Assembly (NCBI GenBank): GCA_964390745.1 | Contig: CAYMIK010000002.1 | Span: 26,866-90,865, forward strand | DNA length: 64,000 nucleotides | Direction: 5' to 3' | DNA from: an uncultured Candidatus Saccharibacteria bacterium | GTDB lineage: Bacteria; Patescibacteriota; JAUYIX01; CAYMIK01 | Part shown: positions 48,096-56,685 of the stretch, piece after piece | Position numbering within the stretch: the first letter of the stretch is position 1 | How the letters are laid out: each line of letters begins with the position of its first letter | Notes under the pieces: model-generated | What the model saw: only the letters and a program-made list of their open reading frames with translations | Told to the model about the DNA's origin: nothing | The model's database searches: none | Made by a program: the position numbers and the translations under genes

Positions 48096-48680
48096 CTAAT
48101 CAATATTTTCTGGGTCGAACTTATCGTCTACGATCATTTTCGCTTCTGAAAGAACCCGGTACTCAACCGGTGGCTTTTCCTTGAAGATAGTTTCGATGCA
48201 GGCAACGGTATCAACTTCAAAGCGCTTCTTGAACTGCATAGATGCGGCCTTTTCAAGAATAGCCGGAATTTCAGGTGTTCTTTTGAGGTTGATAACAGAG
48301 ACGTGCGGGAAGAAGCTCTTCTCCGCTTGGGCGCCAATATACTTTTTCAAAACATTGCGCAACCCGTACTGCAGATCCATGAGGTTGCGATTTTTTACCA
48401 TCGTAATGACGAGCTTTTTTGGTGACTTTGAAGGAAAACTTTCAATTGCGTTGAAATACACATTGAAATATTTTTGGCTTGAGACAAAGGCAGAGACCTC
48501 TTTTTGAATCTCCGATAGGCTTTCTTCTGTAACGTCACCGATAAAAGAAAGAGTCACGTGCCAATTTTCTTGGGGAATCCAATAAAAACTTTTTTGAAAC
48601 GTATCAAATGGTGCCAACGTTTCACGCAAGTTTTCTGAGATATTTTTTCCGAGAGGTATGCCAATAAAAACACGCTTCAT
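48096..48680 (-). CDS. thpR: RNA 2',3'-cyclic phosphodiesterase (2H family, LigT/ThpR)
   Basis: Two H-x-T/S-x motifs: WHVTLSF and PHVSVIN. Confidence 0.8.
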   Translation of the reverse strand: MKRVFIGIPLGKNISENLRETLAPFDTFQKSFYWIPQENWHVTLSFIGDVTEESLSEIQKEVSAFVSSQKYFNVYFNAIESFPSKSPKKLVITMVKNRNLMDLQYGLRNVLKKYIGAQAEKSFFPHVSVINLKRTPEIPAILEKAASMQFKKRFEVDTVACIETIFKEKPPVEYRVLSEAKMIVDDKFDPENID

Positions 48681-48734
48681 GCGCGAATTGTATCAAAATT
48701 GGCCCGACGCTGCAAAACTCGTTATACTTGTGCC

Positions 48735-50711
48735 ATGAAAGAAACGAATGAACGTATCTATAATGTCCTGCCAAATGCGAAGATTGGAAGCAAAAACTTC
48801 CACGGCTTTTGGTATTCATCTTCTCTTGCGCTTGGTGTTGGTGATCTGGTTCAGGTGCCGCTTGGCGGAAGAAAGTCGTTGGGTGTCGTTACGGAAGAAG
48901 TTCATGAAAAAACAGAGCAGAAGCTCAAGCCTATTACTGAGTTGCTCGTCCCTGGATTCATGAACAAAGAACGCATGGAGCTGCTGGAGTGGTTTTCTTC
49001 GTACTACCGCGCTCCTCGGGGCCTTTCGCTGCATTTATTTTTGACGGGCTACTCACACGTCACTCGAAAAGTTACGCTGAAAAACGTTGTGCATTCAACC
49101 GAAAAGCATAAGAAAGTAACACTCAATACTGAGCAGAAAAAAGCCGTTTCCGAGATAGCTTCTTGTTTTCAGCAAAAAAAGTTTGAAAAATTTCTCTTGT
49201 TTGGCCCAACTGGAAGTGGAAAAACCGAAGTGTATCTTCGTGCTTGCGAAGAAAACATTGCAAACAAAAAGCAAGCTATCATCTTTGTCCCAGAAATCGC
49301 ACTAACACCTCAAACCGTTTCTCGATTCGCTTCGCGATTCCCGGACAAGGTTCATGTATACCACAGCAAAATGACACCGGCGCAAAAAAGAAAGGTGGTA
49401 GAAGCTGTCTTGGAAGATGAAACGGCCATTGTTGTGGGGCCTCGGTCTGCACTCTTTTTGCCCTATAAAAACCTGGGGCTCATGGTGCTTGACGAAGAAC
49501 ATGATTCGAGCTTTCAACAACTCGATCAGAATCCGCATTTTGATGCACGGCTAGTGGCAACCAAATACGCGGAGCTCTTAGGAATTCCCGTTATCTTTGG
49601 CGATGCCACACCCGAGATTGAACTTTTCTATGAAGCGACGCAACCAAAACCTCGTGTGAAACTTTTGCAACTTCACAAACGAATTTCCGAGTCGTCACAA
49701 GACATACCATTTCCAAAAGTTGCCATTGTTGATCTGGTTCAAGAAATCCGTGCCGGAAACCGCTCGCCATTTTCCAATAAGCTGGTTCAGGATATGTATG
49801 CGGCACTCAAAAATAAAGAGCAGGTCTTTTTATTTTTGAATCGCCGCGGGCTCGCATCGTCTGTTGTGTGTGTTTCGTGTGCGCACGTGATGCTGTGCAA
49901 GTTCTGTGATCGTCCTCTCATTCTTCACGGATCAAGGCTGGTGTGTCATCAGTGCGGAAGAAAACAAGACCTTCCGGTTTTATGCCCTGCTTGCAAGCGG
50001 CCAACGCTCAAGTCTCGCGGCATGGGAACGGAACGGATCACGCTTGAGGTTCAGAAACTTTTTCCAAGTGCCCGCGTCGCACAAGTGGATACCGATACTA
50101 TTAAAACACGAAATCAGTATCACGAAATCTATGAAAAAATTCACAATCATGAAATAGATGTGATTGTTGGTACCCAAATGATTGCGCAAGGACTCGACAT
50201 ACCTAACGTTCAGCTCATTGGGGTCATTCAATGCGATAACGCCCTCAACCTCCCTGACTTTCATAGCGAGGAGCGCGTCTTTCAACTTCTGACGCAGGTA
50301 GCAGGAAGAGCGGGGCGAAGAAAAAAACAAGGCGAAGTGATTATTCAGACCTTCTTCCCACTGCATCCGGTATTCGAAAGCGTTAAAGAGCACAGCTTCC
50401 AACATTTCTTTGACCGAGAAATCCTGCACCGAAAGAATTTCCATCATGCGCCGTTCACCCATCGGGTCGTGTGTATCTATGAACATCGCGATGAGCAAAA
50501 AGCAGAAGAACAAGCCAAGGTCCTCGCCGATATTCTTACAAAGACCGCGTATGTTGAGGTCTTGGGCCCTTCTCCGGCCTTTATCACCAAGCGACGTGGC
50601 AAGTTCCGATGGCAGCTTCATATACGTGTAAAAAGCCTCGAGGAAGTACCCTTTGACATCATCCCAAATACGTGGGATATTTATGTCGATCCTCAAAACC
50701 TCTTATTGTAA
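48735..50711 (+). CDS. priA: Primosomal protein N' (PriA helicase)
   Basis: GPTGSGKTEVYL Walker A, DEEHD Walker B. Cys4 zinc finger CVSCAHVMLCKFC...CHQCG...CPAC. First ATG at 48735; tatact (48723-48728) sits 6 nt upstream. The ORF-track start at 48699 is TTG. Confidence 0.9.
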   Translation: MKETNERIYNVLPNAKIGSKNFHGFWYSSSLALGVGDLVQVPLGGRKSLGVVTEEVHEKTEQKLKPITELLVPGFMNKERMELLEWFSSYYRAPRGLSLHLFLTGYSHVTRKVTLKNVVHSTEKHKKVTLNTEQKKAVSEIASCFQQKKFEKFLLFGPTGSGKTEVYLRACEENIANKKQAIIFVPEIALTPQTVSRFASRFPDKVHVYHSKMTPAQKRKVVEAVLEDETAIVVGPRSALFLPYKNLGLMVLDEEHDSSFQQLDQNPHFDARLVATKYAELLGIPVIFGDATPEIELFYEATQPKPRVKLLQLHKRISESSQDIPFPKVAIVDLVQEIRAGNRSPFSNKLVQDMYAALKNKEQVFLFLNRRGLASSVVCVSCAHVMLCKFCDRPLILHGSRLVCHQCGRKQDLPVLCPACKRPTLKSRGMGTERITLEVQKLFPSARVAQVDTDTIKTRNQYHEIYEKIHNHEIDVIVGTQMIAQGLDIPNVQLIGVIQCDNALNLPDFHSEERVFQLLTQVAGRAGRRKKQGEVIIQTFFPLHPVFESVKEHSFQHFFDREILHRKNFHHAPFTHRVVCIYEHRDEQKAEEQAKVLADILTKTAYVEVLGPSPAFITKRRGKFRWQLHIRVKSLEEVPFDIIPNTWDIYVDPQNLLL

Positions 50712-51166
50712 TGAAACTTCCTTCATCCTACGCATTGATTGAAAATACTGATAAACGACTTCGTGCAAAGAATGCTCCCGTTGACATCAAAGATCCGGCG
50801 CTTCCAAAGCTCATCGAAGATATGTTTGAAAAAATGTACGAATGGAATGGCATTGGTCTTGCCGCTCCGCAGTTTGGCGTAAATATTCGGCTTGCTGTGG
50901 TTGATACTGGCAAGGGAGAGAAATATGCTCTTATAAACCCAGAGATAACCTTTGCCTCCAAGGAAACTTCTCCTTTGGAAGAGGGCTGTTTAAACTTTCC
51001 AGGAAAATACTTGCGCATCGATCGACCACGAAAGATTCGTATTAAATTCCAAGATGTGAACGGCAAGTTCATCAAAATGAAGGCCTCGGGACTTTTGGCA
51101 AAAGTTTTTCAACACGAAACCGATCACCTCAACCAAACTCTCATCATTGATCATGCCAACGAATAA
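50711..51166 (+). CDS. def: Peptide deformylase
   Basis: GIGLAAPQFG, EGCLNFPG, HETDHLN motifs. The ATG at 50711 overlaps the priA TAA (TAATG). Confidence 0.92.
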   Translation: MKLPSSYALIENTDKRLRAKNAPVDIKDPALPKLIEDMFEKMYEWNGIGLAAPQFGVNIRLAVVDTGKGEKYALINPEITFASKETSPLEEGCLNFPGKYLRIDRPRKIRIKFQDVNGKFIKMKASGLLAKVFQHETDHLNQTLIIDHANE

Positions 51167-52091
51167 GCGTTTTATATTTTTCGGAACGGATACATTTGTT
51201 GTGCCTGTCCTCGAAACACTCCTTACGCTTCCGTATGAATGCGTCGGTGTTGTTACGGCTCCTGACCGAAAAGGGCGCGGCAGTCAAATAATCCCCTCTC
51301 CGGTAAAGCAGTGTGCCCTAAAACGCGGCTTGAAGGTTTTTACCCCAGAAAAGCTGAAGGATTTTTTTGATACCTACCAAGGTTTGGCGCCAGACTTCGC
51401 AGTTATTGCATCGTATGGAAAAATTATTTCGCAAAAGTTTATCGATGCAACACCGCTTGGAATCCTCAATATTCATCCTTCGCTTTTGCCTCGACACCGC
51501 GGGCCCTCGCCGGTTCCAGCAACCATTCTCGCAGGCGACACAATGACGGGCGTTGCCATCATGAAGATTGACGCTGGGGTTGATACGGGTGACATTCTCG
51601 CTATGGAGGAACACGAGCTTTCGGGCACAGAAACAACGCCGCAACTTCTTGATGAGCTCTTTATTCAGGGTGCACAGCTTCTTGCCAAGACGCTTGATTC
51701 ATATCTTGCGGGTTCACTTTTGCCACACGAACAACCAGGCGAAGGCGCAACCCACTCAAGCATGCTTCAGAAAGATGACGGGAAGCTCGATTTTACGGAA
51801 TCAGCTGAAGTTGTTGAACGAAAAGTTCGTGCACTGAATCCTTGGCCAGGAACTTTTGCGCAACTTTCTGGGCAACGTATAAAAATACTCAGCGTACGCC
51901 TGACCGAAAAATTGAAGAAAGCACTCACTCCTGGTACAATACAACAAGAAAGCGACCAACTTTTTGTCGGAACAGGAACTTCGCCTCTGGAAATCCTCGA
52001 ACTGCAAAAAGAAGGAAAAACTAAGCAGTCAGCAGCAGAGTTTATTCGCGGACTGCAGAACAAAAACGACGGCCTTCACTTCGATCTATGA
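51147..52091 (+). CDS. fmt: Methionyl-tRNA formyltransferase
   Basis: FFGTDTFVVPVLETLL N-terminus and NIHPSLLPRHRGPSP. Confidence 0.92.
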   Translation: MIMPTNKRFIFFGTDTFVVPVLETLLTLPYECVGVVTAPDRKGRGSQIIPSPVKQCALKRGLKVFTPEKLKDFFDTYQGLAPDFAVIASYGKIISQKFIDATPLGILNIHPSLLPRHRGPSPVPATILAGDTMTGVAIMKIDAGVDTGDILAMEEHELSGTETTPQLLDELFIQGAQLLAKTLDSYLAGSLLPHEQPGEGATHSSMLQKDDGKLDFTESAEVVERKVRALNPWPGTFAQLSGQRIKILSVRLTEKLKKALTPGTIQQESDQLFVGTGTSPLEILELQKEGKTKQSAAEFIRGLQNKNDGLHFDL

Positions 52092-52933
52092 AAACAAAAA
52101 CCATCAATATAATTTATATCGTTGCGCTCATTGTCATTATCTCAGGCGGCGTTTTTTTGCTGTACGGTGACGTATACTTTTGGATAACCGGCAATCGCTT
52201 GGGCAATTCCAATGCTCCGCAAAATACCGAAGATCAAAAATCGCAAATTCCAACGATTGATACGAATGCACTTTCGGCCAAGATTGATGGCGACAAGACC
52301 TTGCTTCTCTTGGATGTTCGAACTTCCAAAGAGTATGAATCTGGCCACATTAAGCAGGCCGTGAGCCTTCCTCTCGACCAAATTGATAACCAGATCGGCA
52401 AGCTTGAGCTCGCGAAAAACCAAGAAATTATTACGATGTGTGACGGAAAAGGCTGCAATCGCGCCGACCAAGCTGCGGCAAAACTTATTGGCCTCGGTTT
52501 CTCCAATGTTGCGAGTTATCACGATGGCATCACCGCATGGCAACTTGCAGGAAAGCCGGTTGTTACCACGAGTCTTGATCCCAATGACTTTATAGATCTT
52601 TTTAAGGATTTCAAGACACAAGAAATCTCCCCACAAGATACCTACCGAAAGATTGCCAAGGGAAATGTCATTATTATCGACGTTCAAACCCAAGGTGACT
52701 ATCAAAAAGAGCATCTTTCGGGTTCCGTGTACGTGGATCTCTTTACCGTCGCTGCAAAGGCGACATCGGGAGTTTTCCCCAAGAACAAAACCATCATCTT
52801 CTACTCAGAAGATGGCACACGAAGCAAGATCGCAACCGGCTCATTCCTTGAGCACGGATACAAAGATGTTTTCAGCATGACAGGCGGTATAAACGCCTGG
52901 AAGGGTATCGGAAACGCCTCGACGAACCAATAA
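52088..52933 (+). CDS. Tandem rhodanese-domain protein (sulfurtransferase-like)
   Basis: Two rhodanese-like modules with active-site-loop Cys (ITMCDGKGCNRA). N-terminal TM. Confidence 0.7.
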   Translation: MKTKTINIIYIVALIVIISGGVFLLYGDVYFWITGNRLGNSNAPQNTEDQKSQIPTIDTNALSAKIDGDKTLLLLDVRTSKEYESGHIKQAVSLPLDQIDNQIGKLELAKNQEIITMCDGKGCNRADQAAAKLIGLGFSNVASYHDGITAWQLAGKPVVTTSLDPNDFIDLFKDFKTQEISPQDTYRKIAKGNVIIIDVQTQGDYQKEHLSGSVYVDLFTVAAKATSGVFPKNKTIIFYSEDGTRSKIATGSFLEHGYKDVFSMTGGINAWKGIGNASTNQ

Positions 52934-52936
52934 AAA

Positions 52937-52968
52937 AACTCCGCCAAGATGGCGGAGTTTTTGGCTTA
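52937..52968. terminator. Bidirectional intrinsic terminator
   Basis: aaaaaactccgcca-aga-tggcggagttttt between convergent genes. Confidence 0.7.
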
Positions 52969-52975
52969 ACCGTGC

Positions 52976-53146
52976 TTAAGCAGCAGGCTTTGCAGCACCA
53001 ATCTTGAACATCTTTGTTCCACAAACTGGGCAAACACCCTGAACTGCTGGCTTACCGTTCTTCATCTTAATTTCCTGAGGGTCTTTCATGTCGCGCTTAG
53101 ATTTGCACTTAACGCAGTACGCGGTAACTTTTACATCATCTGCCAT
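52976..53146 (-). CDS. 56-aa zinc-ribbon protein (DUF5679-like), absent from ORF track (<60 aa)
   Basis: Minus-strand translation MADDVKVTAYCVKCKSKRDMKDPQEIKMKNGKPAVQGVCPVCGTKMFKIGAAKPAAA with two CxxC pairs. A terminator lies downstream and a promoter region upstream. Confidence 0.65.
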   Translation of the reverse strand: MADDVKVTAYCVKCKSKRDMKDPQEIKMKNGKPAVQGVCPVCGTKMFKIGAAKPAA

Positions 53147-53154
53147 GTGGGTCC

Positions 53155-53183
53155 TTGAAATTAATTGAAATTTGCCTTATATA
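53155..53183 (+). promoter_or_regulatory. Sigma70-like promoter TTGAAA-17-TATATA with SD aaggaa
   Basis: ttgaaa at 53155-53160, 17-nt spacer, tatata at 53178-53183. aaggaa lies 7 nt before the ATG at 53208. Confidence 0.45.
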
Positions 53184-53207
53184 TAGCACAAACCAAGGAA
53201 TTACGCA

Positions 53208-53669
53208 ATGTTTCGAATAATTTTAGATACGAATGTTTTACTCGATGCCGAGCGCGGATCTTTTAGCTATCCGGCAAGAATTATGCAAGAAGTGATCGAC
53301 GGAAACATCTCAGCGTTCGCCTCACATCGCACCAAGCGTGAGCACGACCTGATACGCAATCGAATCATTCGCGATCCCGAGGTTCATCAACTTATTGATG
53401 AGTACCTGGACCACGTAACCTTTGTTCGGCCAACGCAAAGAATTTCAGTTGTGTCTTCTGATCACGAAGACGACAAGTTTATTGAGGCAGCCTACGAGGC
53501 CCAGTGTGACTACATTGTGACGAGCGATCGCGATTTGCTCAATTTAAAGCAGTACGAGGAAATTGAGATTGTTACTCCGGGAGACTTTTGGAAAATCTAC
53601 GAAGATGACCGAGATCCCGAAGGAACGGGTCAGTGGCAAAATTGGATTACGGGATTTTTTCAGTCGTAA
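53208..53669 (+). CDS. PIN-domain protein (VapC-like putative ribonuclease), no adjacent antitoxin gene
   Basis: IILDTNVLLD (first acidic residue) plus DHEDDKFIE and TSDRDL acidic positions, ~150 aa. Confidence 0.75.
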   Translation: MFRIILDTNVLLDAERGSFSYPARIMQEVIDGNISAFASHRTKREHDLIRNRIIRDPEVHQLIDEYLDHVTFVRPTQRISVVSSDHEDDKFIEAAYEAQCDYIVTSDRDLLNLKQYEEIEIVTPGDFWKIYEDDRDPEGTGQWQNWITGFFQS

Positions 53670-54291
53670 CGTTTTGGATTTGCCGCTTCGCGAGCACCGC
53701 ATAGCGTTGCAATGTTGTTCCGGGTGGCCAACAGGTTATGAGAGTGAGATACTCTCCATTTTTGTTTTGATCAAGCACGGAGAGGTCATTTGGTGATATC
53801 GTCCGCGTGTCCTCGACTTCGTATCTCAGGAGCTCGCCGCTTACCCAAATAAATAGTGGGTCGCCCTTTGCAAGCCTATCAAGTAACGAGAAAACCGTTT
53901 TGTAGTTCCCTTTTTTCCAGAAGAAGTCATCTGAGTGTCCAAAAATCACCATATTCCCCTGTTCTCTCGGGTTCGCAGATCCAAACAGGTGTACGACCCC
54001 GTCTTGAAGCTGCCTGCTCATCAGAAAGATGTTTTTCGTGTCTCCTTCCTGGATGGGCGCGACCGTATAAGTCTTGGGAATGCACAGTTCGAACTCGCTG
54101 GTTTTTGGGCACATCTTTGGTACTTCGTCCGCTTGTTTCTGCGGCTGTGAGGCTGGATTCCTGGCAGTAATCTGAAAGTGGGCTTCTTGTGCAGCAAGAG
54201 GTGCAAACAAAAAGAGCGCGAAGATACCCACGACGCCTAAAAAGATGAGAAAAAATGTTTTAAGAAAATAAAAGAGTCGGGCATGATTCAT
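53647..54291 (-). CDS. Sortase-family transpeptidase
   Basis: N-terminal TM anchor, VIFGHSD (His) and LTLITC (TLxTC active-site Cys). Confidence 0.85.
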   Translation of the reverse strand: MNHARLFYFLKTFFLIFLGVVGIFALFLFAPLAAQEAHFQITARNPASQPQKQADEVPKMCPKTSEFELCIPKTYTVAPIQEGDTKNIFLMSRQLQDGVVHLFGSANPREQGNMVIFGHSDDFFWKKGNYKTVFSLLDRLAKGDPLFIWVSGELLRYEVEDTRTISPNDLSVLDQNKNGEYLTLITCWPPGTTLQRYAVLAKRQIQNVTTEKIP

Positions 54292-54314
54292 GCCCTTACG
54301 TTACACAATGATCA

Positions 54315-54926
54315 TTAACTTTTCTTTAAGGCCTCGGCGCAGTTCGTGAAAAGAATGTCTACCAGCTTTCGTACCTTTTCTTTCTCGTATCCGCTTGCCT
54401 GCACCAAGCAGCCGTGCGAAGCAATTTGTGCCTTTACTCGGCCATCGGCTTCGGTTCGTACTTCGTCGTAATCATCAGGAAGTGTGCCTTTGGCAAAGAG
54501 TTCATCGATTTTGGACGACGAAACGGTCTCGGTTACACCCGATGCGCGTATACTCACACCCACAATATTCAGGTTGGTAACTCCTTTGTCGCTATCACTT
54601 GAAAGACCAACTTCAAAATATTCTGTGGGCGGCTTAAACCGAATGACGCCGCTTGGGTCTTGTGCTGGGTATAGGCGCTTGTGCAGATCGAAGCCTGCTG
54701 CCTTGATCCAATCTTCCTTCACAAGGAAGTGGTAGTCTCGATATTCGGCCAATATCTCGCTGTCAGACTGCAAACTTGTTACTTTCACGCCCAGCGCAGC
54801 AGGCTTTGGTGGCTTGCCAGCGCGTGTATCCAAGAGAAGCCAGATGGCCAAGAGAAGCCCAAGCGAGACCAAACCAATGCCGATACCAACCAGTGTCCGA
54901 TTTTTTTGCGAAAGGAGTTTATTCAT
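54315..54926 (-). CDS. Hypothetical N-terminally anchored extracytoplasmic protein
   Basis: TM LVGIGIGLVSLGLLLAIWLLL. No motif recognised. Confidence 0.5.
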   Translation of the reverse strand: MNKLLSQKNRTLVGIGIGLVSLGLLLAIWLLLDTRAGKPPKPAALGVKVTSLQSDSEILAEYRDYHFLVKEDWIKAAGFDLHKRLYPAQDPSGVIRFKPPTEYFEVGLSSDSDKGVTNLNIVGVSIRASGVTETVSSSKIDELFAKGTLPDDYDEVRTEADGRVKAQIASHGCLVQASGYEKEKVRKLVDILFTNCAEALKKS

Positions 54927-55471
54927 TATTTCTTCAGTGGGTTATGGCCTGATTGAACTTCTTGCCCGTCGGTGTAGCCGTCATAGTCACTATCTTTTTT
55001 AGTAGGATCGGTACCGAGAACCTTTTCTCTGCCATCCGAAAGGCCGTCAGCATCGGTGTCTTTAGTAAAATCGTCGCTTGTGGAGGAAGGCGTTTGTGTG
55101 GTGTTTCCTGTGGTGCTCGTACTTCCTGCCTTGTAGCTTGACCGAGTTCCGTCTGGACGCGTCAGTGGATCATTCCCACTTTGAACTTCTTGGCCATCCG
55201 AGTATCCATCACCGTCGGTATCTGAGGCATTCATATTGGTACCAAGCTGCTGCTCAACAAGATTAACGAGCCCATCGCCATCAGAGTCTTCAATAGCGGC
55301 ATTGTGTGTATCATTCGTGCTTGTACCAAGAACTTCTGCGGGTTTTGGCGCTAAGAATGAGGCTGGAATAACACCAACTTTCTTCCCGACGCCGACAATC
55401 ACAAAAAACCCGCCGACGGCGAGAAATACAACAGTGAACCCTAAGATCAGCTTTTTGTTTTGAACGGACAT
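54926..55471 (-). CDS. Membrane-anchored protein with thrombospondin-type-3-like Ca-binding repeats
   Basis: N-terminal TM. Repeats DSDGDGLVN..., DTDGDGYSDGQEVQSGNDPL, DTDADGLSDG, DSDYDGYTDGQEVQSGHNPL (DxDxDG pattern). Confidence 0.65.
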   Translation of the reverse strand: MSVQNKKLILGFTVVFLAVGGFFVIVGVGKKVGVIPASFLAPKPAEVLGTSTNDTHNAAIEDSDGDGLVNLVEQQLGTNMNASDTDGDGYSDGQEVQSGNDPLTRPDGTRSSYKAGSTSTTGNTTQTPSSTSDDFTKDTDADGLSDGREKVLGTDPTKKDSDYDGYTDGQEVQSGHNPLKK

Positions 55472-55472
55472 T

Positions 55473-55922
55473 TTATGAGTATGTTACTACACGTATTGTA
55501 TCGAAATTTTTGGCTTCCTTCAACCCTTCCATTTTGAGTTCATGATATGGGCGCAACCTGAGTTCTTTCTGAAATGCCTTTGCGTGTGGAATGTATTTTG
55601 TCACTTCTGCCCAAAACTGTGCGCTGTGGTTCATGTGACGAAGATGACAAAGCTCATGCATAATGACATAGTCACGAAGTTCTTGCCGTAAAAAAATGAG
55701 CTTGGCATTGAGGTTGATGTTGTTATTTGCGGAGCAACTTCCCCATCGAGTTTTTTGGTGTTTCACAAAAATCTTTCTGACCGAAAAGTTGTATGCATTC
55801 GCAAGTTCACGAGTTCGCGCAACAAGAATCCTACGCGCCTCTTTGTGATACGCGGGAAGTTTGCTTCGTCGTTTTACTTTGCGACGCTTTCTTCTGGGGA
55901 CAAAAAAGTACCAGCTGCTCAT
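55473..55922 (-). CDS. YgjP/DUF45-family zinc metallohydrolase (M48-like, HExxH)
   Basis: WGSCSANNNINLN...YVIMHELCHLRHMNHSAQFW. Confidence 0.8.
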   Translation of the reverse strand: MSSWYFFVPRRKRRKVKRRSKLPAYHKEARRILVARTRELANAYNFSVRKIFVKHQKTRWGSCSANNNINLNAKLIFLRQELRDYVIMHELCHLRHMNHSAQFWAEVTKYIPHAKAFQKELRLRPYHELKMEGLKEAKNFDTIRVVTYS

Positions 55923-56671
55923 CGCGCCACCTCACCTCGAGCCTTGATAAACGCACAGTAGTCACAGTTTGGTGAGGCATTGGGAATTCTTTCATCGTTG
56001 AGACAAAATGCCACTGCCTCAAGAAGCTGCGGGATCCAATAGTCGTCACCATCGTAAGGAATAAGCGTAATGTCGAATTCTATTTTTCCGTCAAACGCCT
56101 TGCGATCTTTTTTTCCGTTGCAGTACACAAAGTATCCGCGGTCATCAACCTTGTAGCCATTTTGTCGTAGTAGCCATTGGTACACTTCCATTTGGCGGCC
56201 ATAGGCTCGCCATTTTCCATCTTCAGGGTTAATCTCTCTTTCTGTGCTGGTGGATTTGTAGTCAACAACAATAAGTTTGCCTTTTGGCGTTACCCAAATG
56301 TCGTCTACGGCTCCCGTAATAACGAGGTTGGTTGCCTTGTCATGATATCGAACACCTTTAAAATTCTCTCGCCATTCATCGAGATGTTCGTGATCAAGCG
56401 GGATGGCATCAATTTCGTATTCTTCCATCAAGGGGTGCTTGGTTCCGTTTGTACGATGAATATCGAATTCTTTTTTGAGCAAGGTGTCGACAGCGGAGTT
56501 TAAGGTAAACGGAAATCCCGGTGGTCTATCTACTCCTAGGCGTCGGTCAATATAAAAACAACGCGGACATTCAAGAAAAAGTTCCAAACGCGAACGACTC
56601 AAAGCAAAAGGCTTCTTTGCCTTTGGATTGTACAAATTTTTCTTTCGATGTGGCGTGTAATATTGCGACAT
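55919..56671 (-). CDS. PD-(D/E)xK nuclease, Cas4/RecB-nuclease-domain-like with Fe-S cysteines
   Basis: N-terminal Cys (ECPRC), GAVDDIW (D), VVDYKS (D/E-x-K), RQMEVYQWLL (QxxxY), C-terminal CDYC. 4-nt overlap with the downstream ygjP-like gene. Confidence 0.75.
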   Translation of the reverse strand: MSQYYTPHRKKNLYNPKAKKPFALSRSRLELFLECPRCFYIDRRLGVDRPPGFPFTLNSAVDTLLKKEFDIHRTNGTKHPLMEEYEIDAIPLDHEHLDEWRENFKGVRYHDKATNLVITGAVDDIWVTPKGKLIVVDYKSTSTEREINPEDGKWRAYGRQMEVYQWLLRQNGYKVDDRGYFVYCNGKKDRKAFDGKIEFDITLIPYDGDDYWIPQLLEAVAFCLNDERIPNASPNCDYCAFIKARGEVAR

Positions 56672-56685
56672 GGAACTTTAGTATA

